A stretch of 64,000 nucleotides of DNA from Raillietiella orientalis (taxonomy: Eukaryota), in contig JAYWIR010000001.1 of assembly GCA_036172245.1 (NCBI GenBank), positions 992,001 to 1,056,000 on the forward strand, read 5' to 3'. Shown here piece after piece: positions 50,543-63,195 of this stretch; position 1 is the first letter of the stretch, and every line of letters starts with the position of its first letter. The notes beneath the pieces were generated by a model that saw only the letters and a list, made by a program, of their open reading frames with translations, had not been told where the DNA came from and ran no database searches. The translations under genes were made by a program, and so were the position numbers.

Positions 50543-52010
50543 CGGTGTGGAACGCGTTCGCAGCTTCCCTCCTTCGCCCCCTGCTATTTGTTCACCCCGT
50601 ATCCCGCGGGTTGAAAAAGAGGACCAAGGACCTCCTGCGCATCGCCCTGTGGGGCAGCAGGAGGCCCCATGTGCCTCTGAAGGACTTGTGCGCTCCGAGT
50701 CGGGATGGCGGTCTAGGCCTCCTGACGCTGGAGCGGATGGAGAATCAGCTGCGATGGCGGAACCTTGGCCATAGCAGCAAAGTTGTGAAGCACCTCTTGG
50801 TGCTAACCTGTCCGCCTCCTCGCCAGCTGTATCTCCAGGACTCAAGGACTCGCGTCTTATCTTCTGTGCCCCGGTCGGATGATCAGAAGATGTGGCCTTC
50901 TCCTCGGACGCATGGCCACACTGGCCAAGGAGAACGGCTGGATGGTATGCAGGCCCGCCAACTCGGCATTGCTGGAAGAAACAGTTGGCACGTGGGTGAA
51001 GCTGAACCAGTCCGGAAGCGAATCCTTGAACCGCCTGCGATCCGGCATCTATGACCGCTGCACGCTGAGGAAGATGCTTGAGTGCCTCTCCAGAAGCACG
51101 TGGGCGGAGACGACCCCACTAACCACGGCGCTGCCCTTCTTGAGGAGGGCGCTCTGCAGCAGCCGAACGCCGAGGTGGCAAGTCCCCTGCCGGATAGCAG
51201 GCAGGGATAAAACGTTAAGCGGTTGGACCATGAGGGAACTGGCCGACGCCGCGACCCCGAGAGTCCTTCCGCAAGGTTTACAGAGATTAGGAGAGCTGCT
51301 GGGCATCCCGTCGGATGACCTAAAGTGGTCCCCGGTGTTTACAGACTCGTCCACCCTCCCTCTCAAGTGGTAGGAGTCGGCGCTCCTGCTGTTGCACTGG
51401 GGTCTCCCCTGCAACGCGCGCCGCCACCACTGGACGTTGGGGAAGATGAGACAGAATTGTTCAGTTTGCGGGGAAAAGGAATCCCTCCTCCACCTGTTAG
51501 TGGACTACACTGCCCTCCAGCCCTTGTGGGAACGTTTTGCGACGACCCTCCGGATCCCGGTCGGCAGCCCCCCAGAGATGTTGTACTTCTCCTCTTCGTG
51601 CGAGACGCCCTGCAACCAGCCTCAACCCTGGCAGCGCTCTGCTGCCTCCGAGGGATTGTGGCTGCGTGGAGCGCAGCCAACAGAGGAAGCAGCGAAAGGG
51701 ACGCCATCGTACACGCGGGTCGCTACCTGCGAATCGCGATCGGATAGCCTTATCTGGGAAGTATGCAGAGGGACCTCGATGGCATCCTGCAAAGGATGAA
51801 CGCTCCACCCAGCAGACTGTGATCCCTTCCCGTCCCTTCAAAGTGTTTCTTTTTTTTTGTTTCCTCTTATTCTTCTTTTTGTTTTTTCCCCCATCTCCTC
51901 CGCTGCCGAGGAGAGTCGCACCGGTCTACGTACCGGCAACTCGGCAGGTCCCGAGATGTATTGGCCGTAGTCGGACCTCGTACCACGAATATTCAGTTGT
52001 TTTTCAACAA
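50543..52010 (+). mobile_element. 5'-truncated L1/Tx1-clade retrotransposon (post-RT region, zf-RVT, 3' UTR)
   Basis: LCAPSRDGGLGL motif, GWTMRELADAAT..LPLKW, CSVCGEKESLLHLLVD zinc finger, and a pyrimidine-rich 3' UTR homologous (inverted) to 49960-50150. Confidence 0.88.
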
Positions 52011-52031
52011 ACGCCCCGGCGTGACCGGGTG

Positions 52032-54900
52032 ACACTAACTAGGGTCCAGCGAGAGAGGCGTGCTCTGCAGAGGATTCTCCAATGCAACAACAGCAACACC
52101 GTCTCTTGCCACTTCAGGGGGAGGGTGCCAAAGTCCCAACGCCCTGGCGGCCACTTCACCTCCTCCAGAGGTATACTGAACAGCTCACCCCAGCTCATGA
52201 GTCCTTTCGGTGAGACGCTCTGGGTCGCAGCGTCCGCTAGCTGCCGAGTTGTCCACGCTTTCAAAAGCTTATTTGTGCCTCCATTGAAGCAGGATACTTC
52301 CCGAAGCATCCTTCGACGTGTGCTGGCTTTGGACGTTGTACTGGATGCAGAAGATATCTGTTGCCAGATTCTTGTTCTCCATCACGCCGACTTCCCCTTT
52401 TACGTTCTCGAGGACGTACCGACTCTTATACTGTTCCCAGTATTTTGAGAGGGAGCGATCTTCGGTGTTCTGCTTCCGGTACACCTCCTGTCCCATTCGT
52501 TTGTCCCGTTACTGCATGTTGCAGAATAGGTGGACTCGATGCTTCAGGCTGTCCCAGTCGGCGACTCTGCTAATGGTGGTGGTTTGCAGATTCCCCTCCA
52601 TGACCTCCTGGTGACAGGGGAGCGTCTCGAACCAGGCGGGATGCATGTGAGCGCCGCCCTGGTGCCTTCCGCCGAGGATTCTTTGTCTTCAGGGAGAACT
52701 GCACCAGTTGATGATCCAACAGCAGAGTCTGCGTGTCGCGAGAACCCTGGATGCGATTCCCTATTTCAAAGCTGTGAAGAATGTGGTCGATTTTCTTGTG
52801 GCGTGCTGTTGGCTGCAGCAGTCCGAATTTCTCGGACAGTTGTCGATACGCCCATATTCCTCTGGCGTCATGAGAGTGGGTGATCTCGTCCAGGATGTTA
52901 AGGTCTCCTACGATGATGACGATGTCCTTGGACGCGGCATTCTGGCGCAACACTTTGTGGACTGCCTCTGCGCACCGATGTTTTTGTTTGTTTGGTCCGT
53001 ACACGTTCACCAGGAACAGATGGAAGTTGGCAAACCAGGACATCCGGATCCCGACGATTCTTCCCGACATGGAACAGAAGGTGTCCAGGATGGTGTAGAC
53101 GAGGTGGTTCTTACGAGGATCGCCACACCCTGGGTCTTCCTTTCCATGCTGGGAAACAACTGAGAGTTCAAGAGTCGTTCCATTTCGAGGACCATCTGGT
53201 GGTCGTGGGTCTCTTGAAGGCACATGATGTCTTGGCGTGCGATGGTCCGCACGATCCTTTTCCTCTTTCCCTGGTCCGTCAGTCCATTCTCATTCCAAGG
53301 GGCGATGTTAATCTTCTTGGCGGTGAACAGGAACGAGGCCATAGGGGACTTCTACTTCCTTGTTTTCCTAATGCGCTTCTGCCTGGTGCCTGGCGTCCGT
53401 GTCTCGTTGCGGCCTCTGGACAGAAGCGGATTCACCTCCAGCGTCACTCTCGGACTCTCCGAGGTCGGTAAAGTCTGTTTCATCGGATTATTATTCGGCC
53501 TTGGCGACCACTTTTCGTGGGAGGTTTCGAAGCTCTCCACCTCACCGAATTTGGAGTCGACGTCCAGGAGTTCGCTCTCCAGCTTGTTGCGCTGGGAGTT
53601 TCCGACAACTCCCAGCGCAACGATTTTCTACAACCTTGGTGTTAATGTCCTTCTGGACATCACAGATTCCTGCTCCTTGTTGTTTGCTCCAGGGTGGACT
53701 TATTCACATAGTTGAGCCACTTCCTAGGCGATCAGCAGGGTTTCCTGAATCTCTGGGGTGTGCTCTGTTATCCCGATCTGCTCTCCTCCGGAGTTTCTTT
53801 CTGTTTCTCTGAGGCCTTCTGCTCTTGCAGGCACATCCTCCTCATTCCTTTCTTCTTCCGTACTTCCTGAAAGCCGTCCTCCGTGGTTGGCACAGCTTTC
53901 TGTACGGGCTTGGCCACTTCGGACTCTTCCCTGGTTTTCTCCCTCACGGGAGAGAAACCTTTCATCTCCCTCCAGTTTGCGTATTCCTTGCAACACCACT
54001 TGGCGTGACCACTGAGCTTGCAGAAAACGCAAACCTCGGGCAAACCTTCACGACCTGATCTGGTACCCCTTACAAAATATCGGCCTTCTGTGACTGCGCA
54101 TCCATGATCCTCGCGTCTTCTTTCAACTTCATTTTGGCTACCCCTTCCCTGGAGAAGACTTTACCCATGTCGTTCCTGAATTCCACATGCTTGACTTCTC
54201 CGTATCGAGCGAGGAATTGCCACACCTCTTGTTTGGTGATGCGGATGCTTGTTCCGGCGAGAAACACTGTCGTGGTGGATGTCTCGCCTATTCCCCGTAA
54301 CACTCTTCCGTTGATCCTTATGTCCTGTTCAACAAGGGCCTCAATGAGTGGTTCGCTGTCTGTGTAGATGGTGAATCCACTCGCATATGGGACAAGTCCC
54401 TGAACCCTATCAAAGTCAACGCTTTATTTGTGTAGGAGTAGGTACACATGTTTTACGTTTTGCACGCGGATCAATCCGGTTTCGAAGGTGATTGCTTTCA
54501 CCTCCGGATCCGCCTGTACCATCGTTCGTCGATGTTTGCGACCACCACCACCTCGGGTTTATCCATAATTTCGCCTTTTTTGAGCGGACGCGAGTGCATC
54601 CCCTCGCTGCTACTGCCTCATAAGATGGCGTCGTGACCGTTACGTTGCCCGCCACGTGGGGGTTCAAAGCTTGCGACGATGACAACGACGACGTGTACGA
54701 CGCGCGCGGGGTTACTGCCCTCGCGCTTGCCTTTGCCTGAATGTTGTGTCGCCGGCTGACGCGATGTGGGCCGGGTCTCCATCTCATCCAGTATCCCTCT
54801 TTAGGAGGATGAGACCTCCACCGTGGTGTTGCTAGTGTTCCTTCGCTGCACTAGATGGGAGGGCTGATGGAGTCACTTAGGTGTCACCTATCACTGTCCA
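52032..54900 (-). mobile_element. L1/Tx1-clade non-LTR retrotransposon, 5' part (ORF1 + APE endonuclease), frameshifted, RT deleted
   Basis: ORF1: RRM-like TTVFLAG..ITKQEVWQFLARYGEVKHVEF (54070-54303) and zinc knuckle CVFCKLSGHAKWCC (~53990-54035). ORF2 APE motifs WNENG..CLQETH (53007-53342), VNVYGPN, VGDLN, KIDHI, LDH (52570-53223). Then jumps to the C-terminal region AWTTRQLADAAT..LPLKW (52004-52309). Confidence 0.9.
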
Positions 54901-55159
54901 CTATCCACTGTTCTTCCCCCGGGTTTTTCGCCCACTCGGGGCACACGAAAATTGCCGCAGCAGCGGTGTTTCACGCTGCCTAGGCGGGGTATTGGGTAAA
55001 GTTTTCAACTAGCACCAATCACACCTCTGTTGCCGTCCTCGGCTATGATTTTCCCCATTCCCTCGAGGGGTGGGTAAATTTATTTCCATTCGTTTCACAC
55101 ACATTCACTCAAAAGAGGGGCACAGGTCAACTGGAAGCTTCCTTAATTCGAGGTTCGCA

Positions 55160-58100
55160 GTTTTCCCCGGGTCCGACAAGCGGTGGGGTAAGTTTATTGG
55201 TCAATAACAAATGTTACAATGGCAACAACATCAGCAAATCACACTCATTCTCTCACGTCTCCTCTGTGGATTCCCACAGTTCCCCCTGTTTTTCCACACG
55301 CGGTGTCCTTTGGGATGTCACAATCGGGGTTGTTTCCACGGTATAAGGTCTCTGGGGGCTGGAGGGCGGTAAACTCGCTCGGACCGCGTCCTCGATCTTC
55401 TGCAAGATGTAGAGGTACGTCCAGGCGGGTATCCTGCAGCAGTCGCTGATCCCAATCTCTCGTTTGATAAGTCCTTGTAGTATGTCGATGGGGGCTCTGT
55501 AGGCCTCGTATTTCTCATCGTTGCCCTTCTGATCACGGCGCTCGTGATGAAGAGGGTGATGGTAGCCCGAACCATGGGATTGTAGCGCGAGACATTTGCA
55601 TTCCCGTCGAACATTCCTGCTAAGATGTTCACCCTTGTGGTATTCTGCAGGCCGATCACCGCCTCCAGCGTGCTCCAACCCTGGAGCAGCATCGAGCAGG
55701 TGGGGACGTGGAGCTGGGTTTCCCTGCTGCCACACACCTTGGAAAGCTCGTCTTCGATGTTTCCAGTCCAGTGCGCTGTCCTGCTCCCACTCAGGATGCC
55801 TCCATGGTAAAACAGGAGGAAGTCATCCTGAGTGCCTGGTGGTAGGTTTTAACCACAGTCCTGAAGGCTGTGGTTACAACCTCATTGGGTTCATCATCCG
55901 GGTCCCGTAGCGGTTGGCAGCCCTGGTGAGGACACCTTCTTCCAGATAGCTGTCTTTCATCACGTCGCGGATGTTGACTTGGTTGCCAGGATCCAAGCGT
56001 CGGATGCCTCATGCTTCCAAAGCTCTCTCGTCTTGCAGGTGAATCTCCCTCTCATGCATTGCGTGTAGCCAAATAGTCGCATCTCGTGGACGTTGCCACT
56101 GGTTGCAAACTGTTTGCAATCGCGGATGGTCATGGCTGGCCTCTGGAATATTCACTTCCAGGTGTACCTGGGTACCGGTACAAAGTATGAGATAACCATG
56201 GCCATTCTTCGTTCCACAGCTCCTTGCTTCGAAGCACTACCTTGAAGCGGTGTTTGACCATCAGAGCCTGCACGTGGGGTCGATGCTGACCCACTCTCCG
56301 TGTTTGCCTGTGAGCACCGACGTCAGACCACTTGAGTGGTTTACTGACCTCGAGTAAGTCCCGTGGGCTGCATAAGGCCACTCTTCCCGACCGGCGGCGA
56401 GAGCCAGGAGTTGTCGCGCATCCACGTGGTCGCAGGCCCGGGGAGGAGACTTCATCCCTGCTCCACCTTCTTCCTCTGGCGGCACAACAAATTGAGCCTG
56501 ACTCTCGGCTTGGACTCCCTCTAGGTGATCTTCAGCAGCTTCTTCACTTCCGCCCTCGTCTTAACGATTCGGCAGAAGGCGGCCCCGAAGAGCACCTTGG
56601 GAAGGAGCACGCCATTCCACAAGTTGGTTGGCCCTCTGCTTTATTCCGCAATCTACTTGGACGTACTTAGCTGCTTCGTCTCGCCCAGGATTTCCGTCCA
56701 CAGCAGCTGCGACGACGAGACTTTGCCGATGTGAATGCCCAGGTACTTCACGTCGTCCACCGCGCGGAATCCCTTCTCCGTCAAAACGGGCAGGTCTAGT
56801 ATTCCGATGGGTAAAAGGTGTGATTTTGCGGGAGTTGATCTTTACGCCCAGTGCCTTTTCCATGGACTCGACTACACCGATGAATCTCTCGCGTGTTCAT
56901 CTCTCTCGTCCTTCAGGAGGAAGAGCAGATCGTCCTCATACTCCAGGTGAGTGAGCCTGTGTTCGTCCACGATCGGTCCTTGCAGGAGGCCGCTTCGCTC
57001 GATCGTGGACATCTCTGCCTCTATGTATAAAGCACGGACAGTATCGGACTCAGGACGTCTCCTTGCCGGATTCCCCTTTCCATCCGGATGGAGTCCGTGT
57101 CTCGTCCGTTGATGGTGCTCTTGCCAGCGAAATTTCAATCCGATGTATTTCGCCGAAGTATCCTTGGTAGACCACTTTCTTCAGGATCTTCTGCAGCATG
57201 CCGTGGTCAACGCTGTCGAAGACCTCCTCCATATCCATGAAACCCAGCACCAAGTCGTCGCCGACGTAGCGGCTGTAACCGATGATGCCCTGGGCACGCT
57301 TCACGTTTTCGGACATGTGGCGGCCGGGCACCGCGCACGTGTGCACCGGAGAGGCGGTCGACAACAGACATCTCCCTCAAGGCCTGGATCTTCATCAACC
57401 ACTTGGCGTCGGTCATCTATTTTCCCCAATCCCACAAGGGGTGGGGTGGATTTATTTCCTTATTTATCCATACTACCTACTAGAATTCACAGTTACCGCT
57501 GCACTTGCACTTTGAAAAGTCACTGCACTTAGGTCTGCACTAGGGGGAAACAGGAGTTGAGTGTGCCTGGACGATGTCCTCGATCGCTCTCAGGATATGC
57601 CAGTGCGTCCAGGCAGACACTTTTCCGCAGTTTCTTGTTCCTATCTCCTTCCGGATGAATGCTCTGAGGATGTCCATGGGGGATGCAATTGTCCTGGCTG
57701 TCTTCATCTTCCACCGTCTTACAAGTTGGCGGTGATGAGTAGGGCAATGGCGATCCTAACCATCGGGCCGTACAGTGGAACGTTTCCGTTTCCCTGAAAC
57801 ATCCCGGCTCGGACTTGCATTTGCGAGCTGTTTGGCAGCCCTATGACCCATCTCAGGGTCTGCCAATCCTGGTGCATTGTGGGACAGGTCAGGACATGAA
57901 GTCTCGTGTCCCTGTCACTACACGCCTTGCAATATGCATCTTCTCTTCTTCCAGTGAAGTATTGAATTCTGGATCCACTCAGGATTCCTCCATCAGGAGG
58001 TCATCCTGGGTGTGCGGCGGTAAGTCACCCCTCCAGAGCGTCGTTCCGATTGCCAATAGGCGAACTCTGTCGGCCCCGTGGCGATTGGCGGCTTTTTCGA

Positions 58101-58450
58101 GGGCACTGGTGTCTTTCTCTTCTTCCACGATTAGTCAGCGGAGGTTCTTGTTCATCCTGGACCATGTGAATTTATCGCAGTTTTCCACACTTCACTGGTC
58201 TTGCAGGTGAGCCTTCCTTATATTCTTTCGATATACCGGAGAATTCGGGAGGGATGAAGGTACCCTCCTCGTCTCCATTCCTGAATTTTCCGCAAGGCAA
58301 CCTTGGGATGCTTAGATCCAGCTCCCCGTGTCATTAGGCACTGGGAGCATCCACGGGATCACCAAGAGGGATTCTTCCTGCGAGGGTTCCTTGCTCCTTG
58401 GAATGATCTTCAGTTGGTGCTTCCGCGCCCACTGTGGCGTCGGTCCGCTA
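55160..58450 (-). mobile_element. L1/Tx1-clade retrotransposon, degenerate ORF2 (linker, RT, zf-RVT, 3' UTR)
   Basis: AVPGRHMSENV, FMDMEEVFDSVDH, a frameshifted GIRQGD-like motif, HLEYEDDL (YADD), VKYLGIH (~56730-56755), EEGGAG, CGSRETQLH..C; AATAAA near 55193-55198. Confidence 0.88.
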
Positions 58451-59346
58451 CTTTAATTGTGGGGAGGTGGTAATAAGAGCGGCAGTGCGGTGCTCTCTTT
58501 ACAATCGTGTCGAACACGTGCAGCAGCAGCTTCATAACATAAATGTGAGGTGATAAACAATTATTACTTGTTAGCATGTCATTTTTGCATTATCGAATCT
58601 GAAGACTACATGGCATCAAGTGATTTAGTAATAATAATAAATTTCTAGGTATTAAAATCTGGAGGTTTGGGGGAGAAAATCGCGGGTTTTCGGAGGTCAT
58701 CTAGCGAGATTCCATTAATTTCAGCTGGCAACTCTGGAGGAATTACATCCGGGACAATGAAATCAGTGATCTGTTTGAAGTGTGTGGTGAAGACCGATGA
58801 AGGTGTAATAGAAAGCTGAGTGGTTGCTGCGAAGATTGCTTTGATTGGCACTGCCAGAGAATATCATAAAAGGTATGGAATAGCCCTTGATAAAGAGGAC
58901 TTGGCGAGGCTTCTAAATAGACAAGAATCTTCGGATTATAGAAACGGCGAATTGCGGGAATTCTTCACCGAGGAAGAGAAATATTTCACTTTATTTATGT
59001 CCGGGTTTTTTCACTGCACTTTTTAAAAATTAACCGTAACAACTGCTCCATTTTTTTTTTTTTTTATTAAAAAAAAAGAAACCTTTTTTAGCAGCATTCC
59101 CCACTGGAAACCTTTAAAGGCATGTAACATTCCACGAAATACATCCTACAAAAAATCCAGGTTCCTTGTGTTTTCTCCCGCGAGACTCCAGATCTGATCT
59201 GCAACAGAATCCGGAAGCGTTATCGACTTTTGTCTCTCGGGTGTAGAACTTCGCATATCCTGCTCTACGTGCTCTCACTGTGTCCCTTCCCTGGGGCCAT
59301 GTACAGATCCCGAGAACCGGTCCAGATCAAAATCCCGAACGACGAC

Positions 59347-59837
59347 AAGAAACAGATATGTGTGCCTATTCTACATGGATACACAAATTTATTTTAACGT
59401 ACACGAGATATTTATATGTGCTAACACATATATTATGACGAGCAAAATTACCGGAGTAGATTTATTATTAACATGCATTTTATTGATACAATCAATAAGT
59501 TGCTGATTATATTGTGTATATCACTAAGATGTACTAAAGATTGCAAAAAATGAATATATATGTTTCTTATATATATATTCATATTCATATAAGGATGCAT
59601 ACATGGATCAATAGGTATCACGAAGCTTACATATGCTTATTCTACATACATTAATGTACAATTTTATTTTAATGTGCATAGTTATTCATATGTATCAAGA
59701 CATATATTATTAAGAGCAATATTACTGGAGCAGATTTATTATCAAGAAACATTTGATTGATATAATAAGTTTCTGATTATATTGTACATATATGCATATA
59801 CATACATACATACATACATACATACATACATACATAG

Positions 59838-59889
<52 letters not shown>

Positions 59890-60113
59890 AAGATTATAAA
59901 AATTATATATATCCTTCTTATATATGTATTTATGTAAAGATTAAGGAATCGATATATACCATGAAGATTATAAAAAATTATATTATTACTGTTAATAATA
60001 TGTATGTTAATAAATAGCGTGCCATAATATATTAAAATATAGTATGTAACTACGTATATGAAAATAAATTTGTGCGTCAATCTATGTGAAATAAGCACAC
60101 ATGTTTATTTCTT
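59347..60113. mobile_element. AT-rich non-autonomous TIR (MITE/foldback-like) element with internal (TACA)n(TA)n microsatellite
   Basis: Left end AAGAAACAGATATGTGTGCCTATTCTACATGGATACACAAATTTATTTT vs reverse complement of right end AAGAAATAAACATGTGTGCTTATTTCACATAGATTGACGCACAAATTTATTTT. Microsatellite at ~59795-59886. Confidence 0.7.
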
Positions 60114-62479
60114 ATAATGTTTCTGGATGTTGATTGTAGGGATTTTTGGACCAAACCCCTGAGAGCGTTGTAACTTTCATGCTGCAAGTGGCGCGATCCC
60201 TGCGCGCAACTCCGGGACTGTCATTAAAGAGGTCCTGGGGTATCGCAGGACCTCTTTAATGAGGTCCGCTTCGAAGTTGAAAGACCAGGGAATTCGTTCA
60301 CGAAATGTTGGTGCAAGAGGGAACGTTCTGGAGGACGAGAAACGAGCAGGAATGCGGGAAGCAGACGTTTGGGAAAAACCATATATCACCTCGGTGTGAA
60401 GGCGCGCAACCCGCCTGCCACACGAGCGCCTTGCCGTATGTCGGCTGGAGACACTTTCCCAAGGGAACAGCAGTACGCTCTTTTCCTCTTTCTCCCAACG
60501 GCACCGTTAACTGTCGCCCAAGTAGACGATCCAAGGAAGAGCTGGAAACCTCAAGACACGAAACTTTTCCATCTCTCGCCGTCGCCGTTCTCGCATGCAC
60601 GCCCGGGACGCGAGCCGTTTCAACACGCTCCGGAAACCATCCCCTCGAAGGACACTCTCAGGATAGCTACTGCGAGATCTGGAATTCTTCTGCTCGGCTG
60701 CATGTTTCAGAGGAAAAGACCGCCGGCAGTGATCAGAATATACCGTTACGCACACGTGCGCGGATATGTGGTTCACTGTCAAGAGAATGGGATTCTCGTC
60801 ACCCTTGGAAACGGGCAGATTGATCGCGCTCCTTGCGCGCTTGCCAGTGCCTGACAGACCGCGATGGCGATGCCACTTGTCGCACGCGTCTCATGCCCAA
60901 CGGTGCATCCGGAGGTCTCCAGAGATGACACGTGACTTCGGCCTTCTCTGTTCTGGGGCAGAGCCGAACTCGACACAGGTCATCCCCTGCTCTGATCTGC
61001 GACCTTCTCTCTCCCGCTACAGAGGTCCGAGGTGTCCTCGAGTGTGCCCGAGCCAACCCGCGAGCGGATGCCCCGCAGACATTCGCGAAAAACTCGCGAG
61101 CGAGCATCAGCGTGAGACCCCGGAATGAACTGCGCCACGCCTTTGTGGGTCTGGGGCTTGTTGCTTTCCCCGGGGAACGGGAGCAAGGAAGAGAAGGGAG
61201 AGGATGCTGGCTGGGCGTGGGAAGAACGCGAGTGGCGTTCAGGACACATCGACCCGACGGCTGCAGTCGGTAACCGCTGGCAACCTCTCGGGCTCTCTCG
61301 CGAACTATGTACTCAAGTGAAGGCAGGAAGAGCTTTCCTCAAGGAGCGTCAAGGTCCCCTGTGTGTCTCGAGACTCCTTCTGGCTCGACCTGTCCCTATC
61401 CCTTCTCTTCTCCTTGCAGCCCCTCACATCCTTCCTTCGACTACACCGAAGCGACAAGCAGGAGAGGAAGCTGAGCAGACTGCTCCAGTGTGTTCCTCAC
61501 CCAGTTGTCTCGGGGACACGAAGAGGGTAGGGAATTCCGCTCAGGCCTTCTTGCACCTCCGTCGCCCAGGATACTTCCACCTGCCTCTTTCCTTCCACTT
61601 TTCCTCTTCTTCCTATCCTCCTCCTCCTCTTCCTCTCTTTCTTCCTCCTCTTTATCTTTCTTTCTTCTCTTCCTCCTTTCCTTCTTTCCCTTCCCCCTGT
61701 TTCCTTCCTTCCTTCCTCTTTCTCAGACCGAAAGAATCTTCCCAGTGCTCTCACAGATTCCCTTCGCATTCCCTGCCAAAGGGAACCTCTTCATTAGAGG
61801 CGAAAAAAGGCGGGCGAAAGTCCTCTTCCGCTGCAGTTGCCGCCCACCCTTCAGGGGGGGAAGGAGGCGGAGCAAAGGCCCCTCTTGCAAGGAGGAGAAG
61901 GGATGCCTAAATTGCCACTGCCGTGCTTTCGTGAGTGACGTTTTTCGAGGAGGTGCCGCTGGAGTGTAGGATTGACCATTATGTTGCCACAGAAGAACAT
62001 TGCTCAGTGAGGCCGAGGAGGAGCTGTTGAGGCCTCCCTTCCTTTGATGCAGGTGGCGCCCTCCCGCTTCTCTGTGGAACGGGCGAAGGATACTGGTCTA
62101 CGCAACCTCCTCCTCTCGAACGTTCAGGAGGACGGGATCTCCCACCCGGGCAGGAAGGTCCATCTTCCCTCCGAATGAATCGTGCTTTTGCGTCTTCCCG
62201 GCGGCTCGTTAGGCAGAGGCGTTTCTGCAGCCGAATGCCTTGGGGGCAGGAGCATGTCGAGCTGGGGAATGCGCCCGTGCTCGTGCCCTCCTCCGTCCGT
62301 TCTCCGACTCGAGTCTGGACGCCCTTCCGGGCCCGCTGCAGTGGACCGGGTTCTCGGTTGCGTTTTTGCCCTGTAGGGGCGACTCGCGCACGGCGTGCCG
62401 GAGACTCAGTGAGGCCGACCGATGGACGGTCGGCCTTTCCCCCTCTTTCTCCCGAGAGAGGATGGAGGAAGGCCTTGAT

Positions 62480-63195
62480 AGATGCCGTGCGGCTACGGGT
62501 TCGAATTCGCCCCGGGGGAGAGAAGGGTCGACGCCGAAAATCGGAGGGGGAGCGTCGTAGGTTTCGAGTCCTCTCTGCAGGACGACGCCGGTTGACTTTG
62601 GTTGGCTTCAATCGCGGCACCGGCGGAATCTGGATGTCTCCGCTGACGGACCGGAATTGGAAATTGATCTTCCGGGTTCCGTGCAGGAGAATCAAGGGCG
62701 CTTTCATGATTCCCCTCCAGTTGTGAGAGTGGAGCGGCACAGCTGGAGATGGGTTGATGCCTCCCCTCGGGAGGTCTCATCTTCAGAGTATTAAGAAGAA
62801 GAGCGCTGCTCCCTTTGGGGAGCGGCGCTTCACAGAAATTGGGGAGCGGTTCTCCGAGGTTCCCTTCAGAGGAGGAAACCAAGGAGAGGATCCTTTCCTG
62901 GGTCCTCTGGAGAAGAAAAGAGGTGTGACCAGCTTATGGAGACCCCCTACGGAAACAACCAGGGCGAGGGTTCCCTTCCTTTGGGATCGCCTCTCGAGCG
63001 TAGGAGGAACGGACTGCGCTTCCTCTGGAGCCTTCCTGAATTCATAAGGCGGCCCCCCCAGGGTTACCCTCTAACTTGAAGAGACACACACACCCTCGGC
63101 TAGCGGGAGCAGATTTGAAAAAAGCTTTGTGGTTCCTCTTTGTGGCGGACAGTTCTTCAGCACCACTCGAAAACTAAAAAAGAAAGAAAAAGTAA
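62480..63195 (+). mobile_element. tRNA-derived SINE-like repeat, copy 10
   Basis: CGGGTTCGAATTC at ~62496; body; tail TAACTTGAAGAG..CACCCTCGG..GTTCTTCAGCAC + A-rich end. Confidence 0.83.

Noticed and set aside
58540-59090. AT-richer block with short ORFs
   Set aside because: No recognisable domain, TIR or splice structure.
60300-61150. Gag/ORF1-like remnant on + strand (VPDRPRWRCHLSHASHAQRC)
   Set aside because: Cys/His spacing does not fit CX2CX4HX4C and no ORF2 follows; too degenerate to call.
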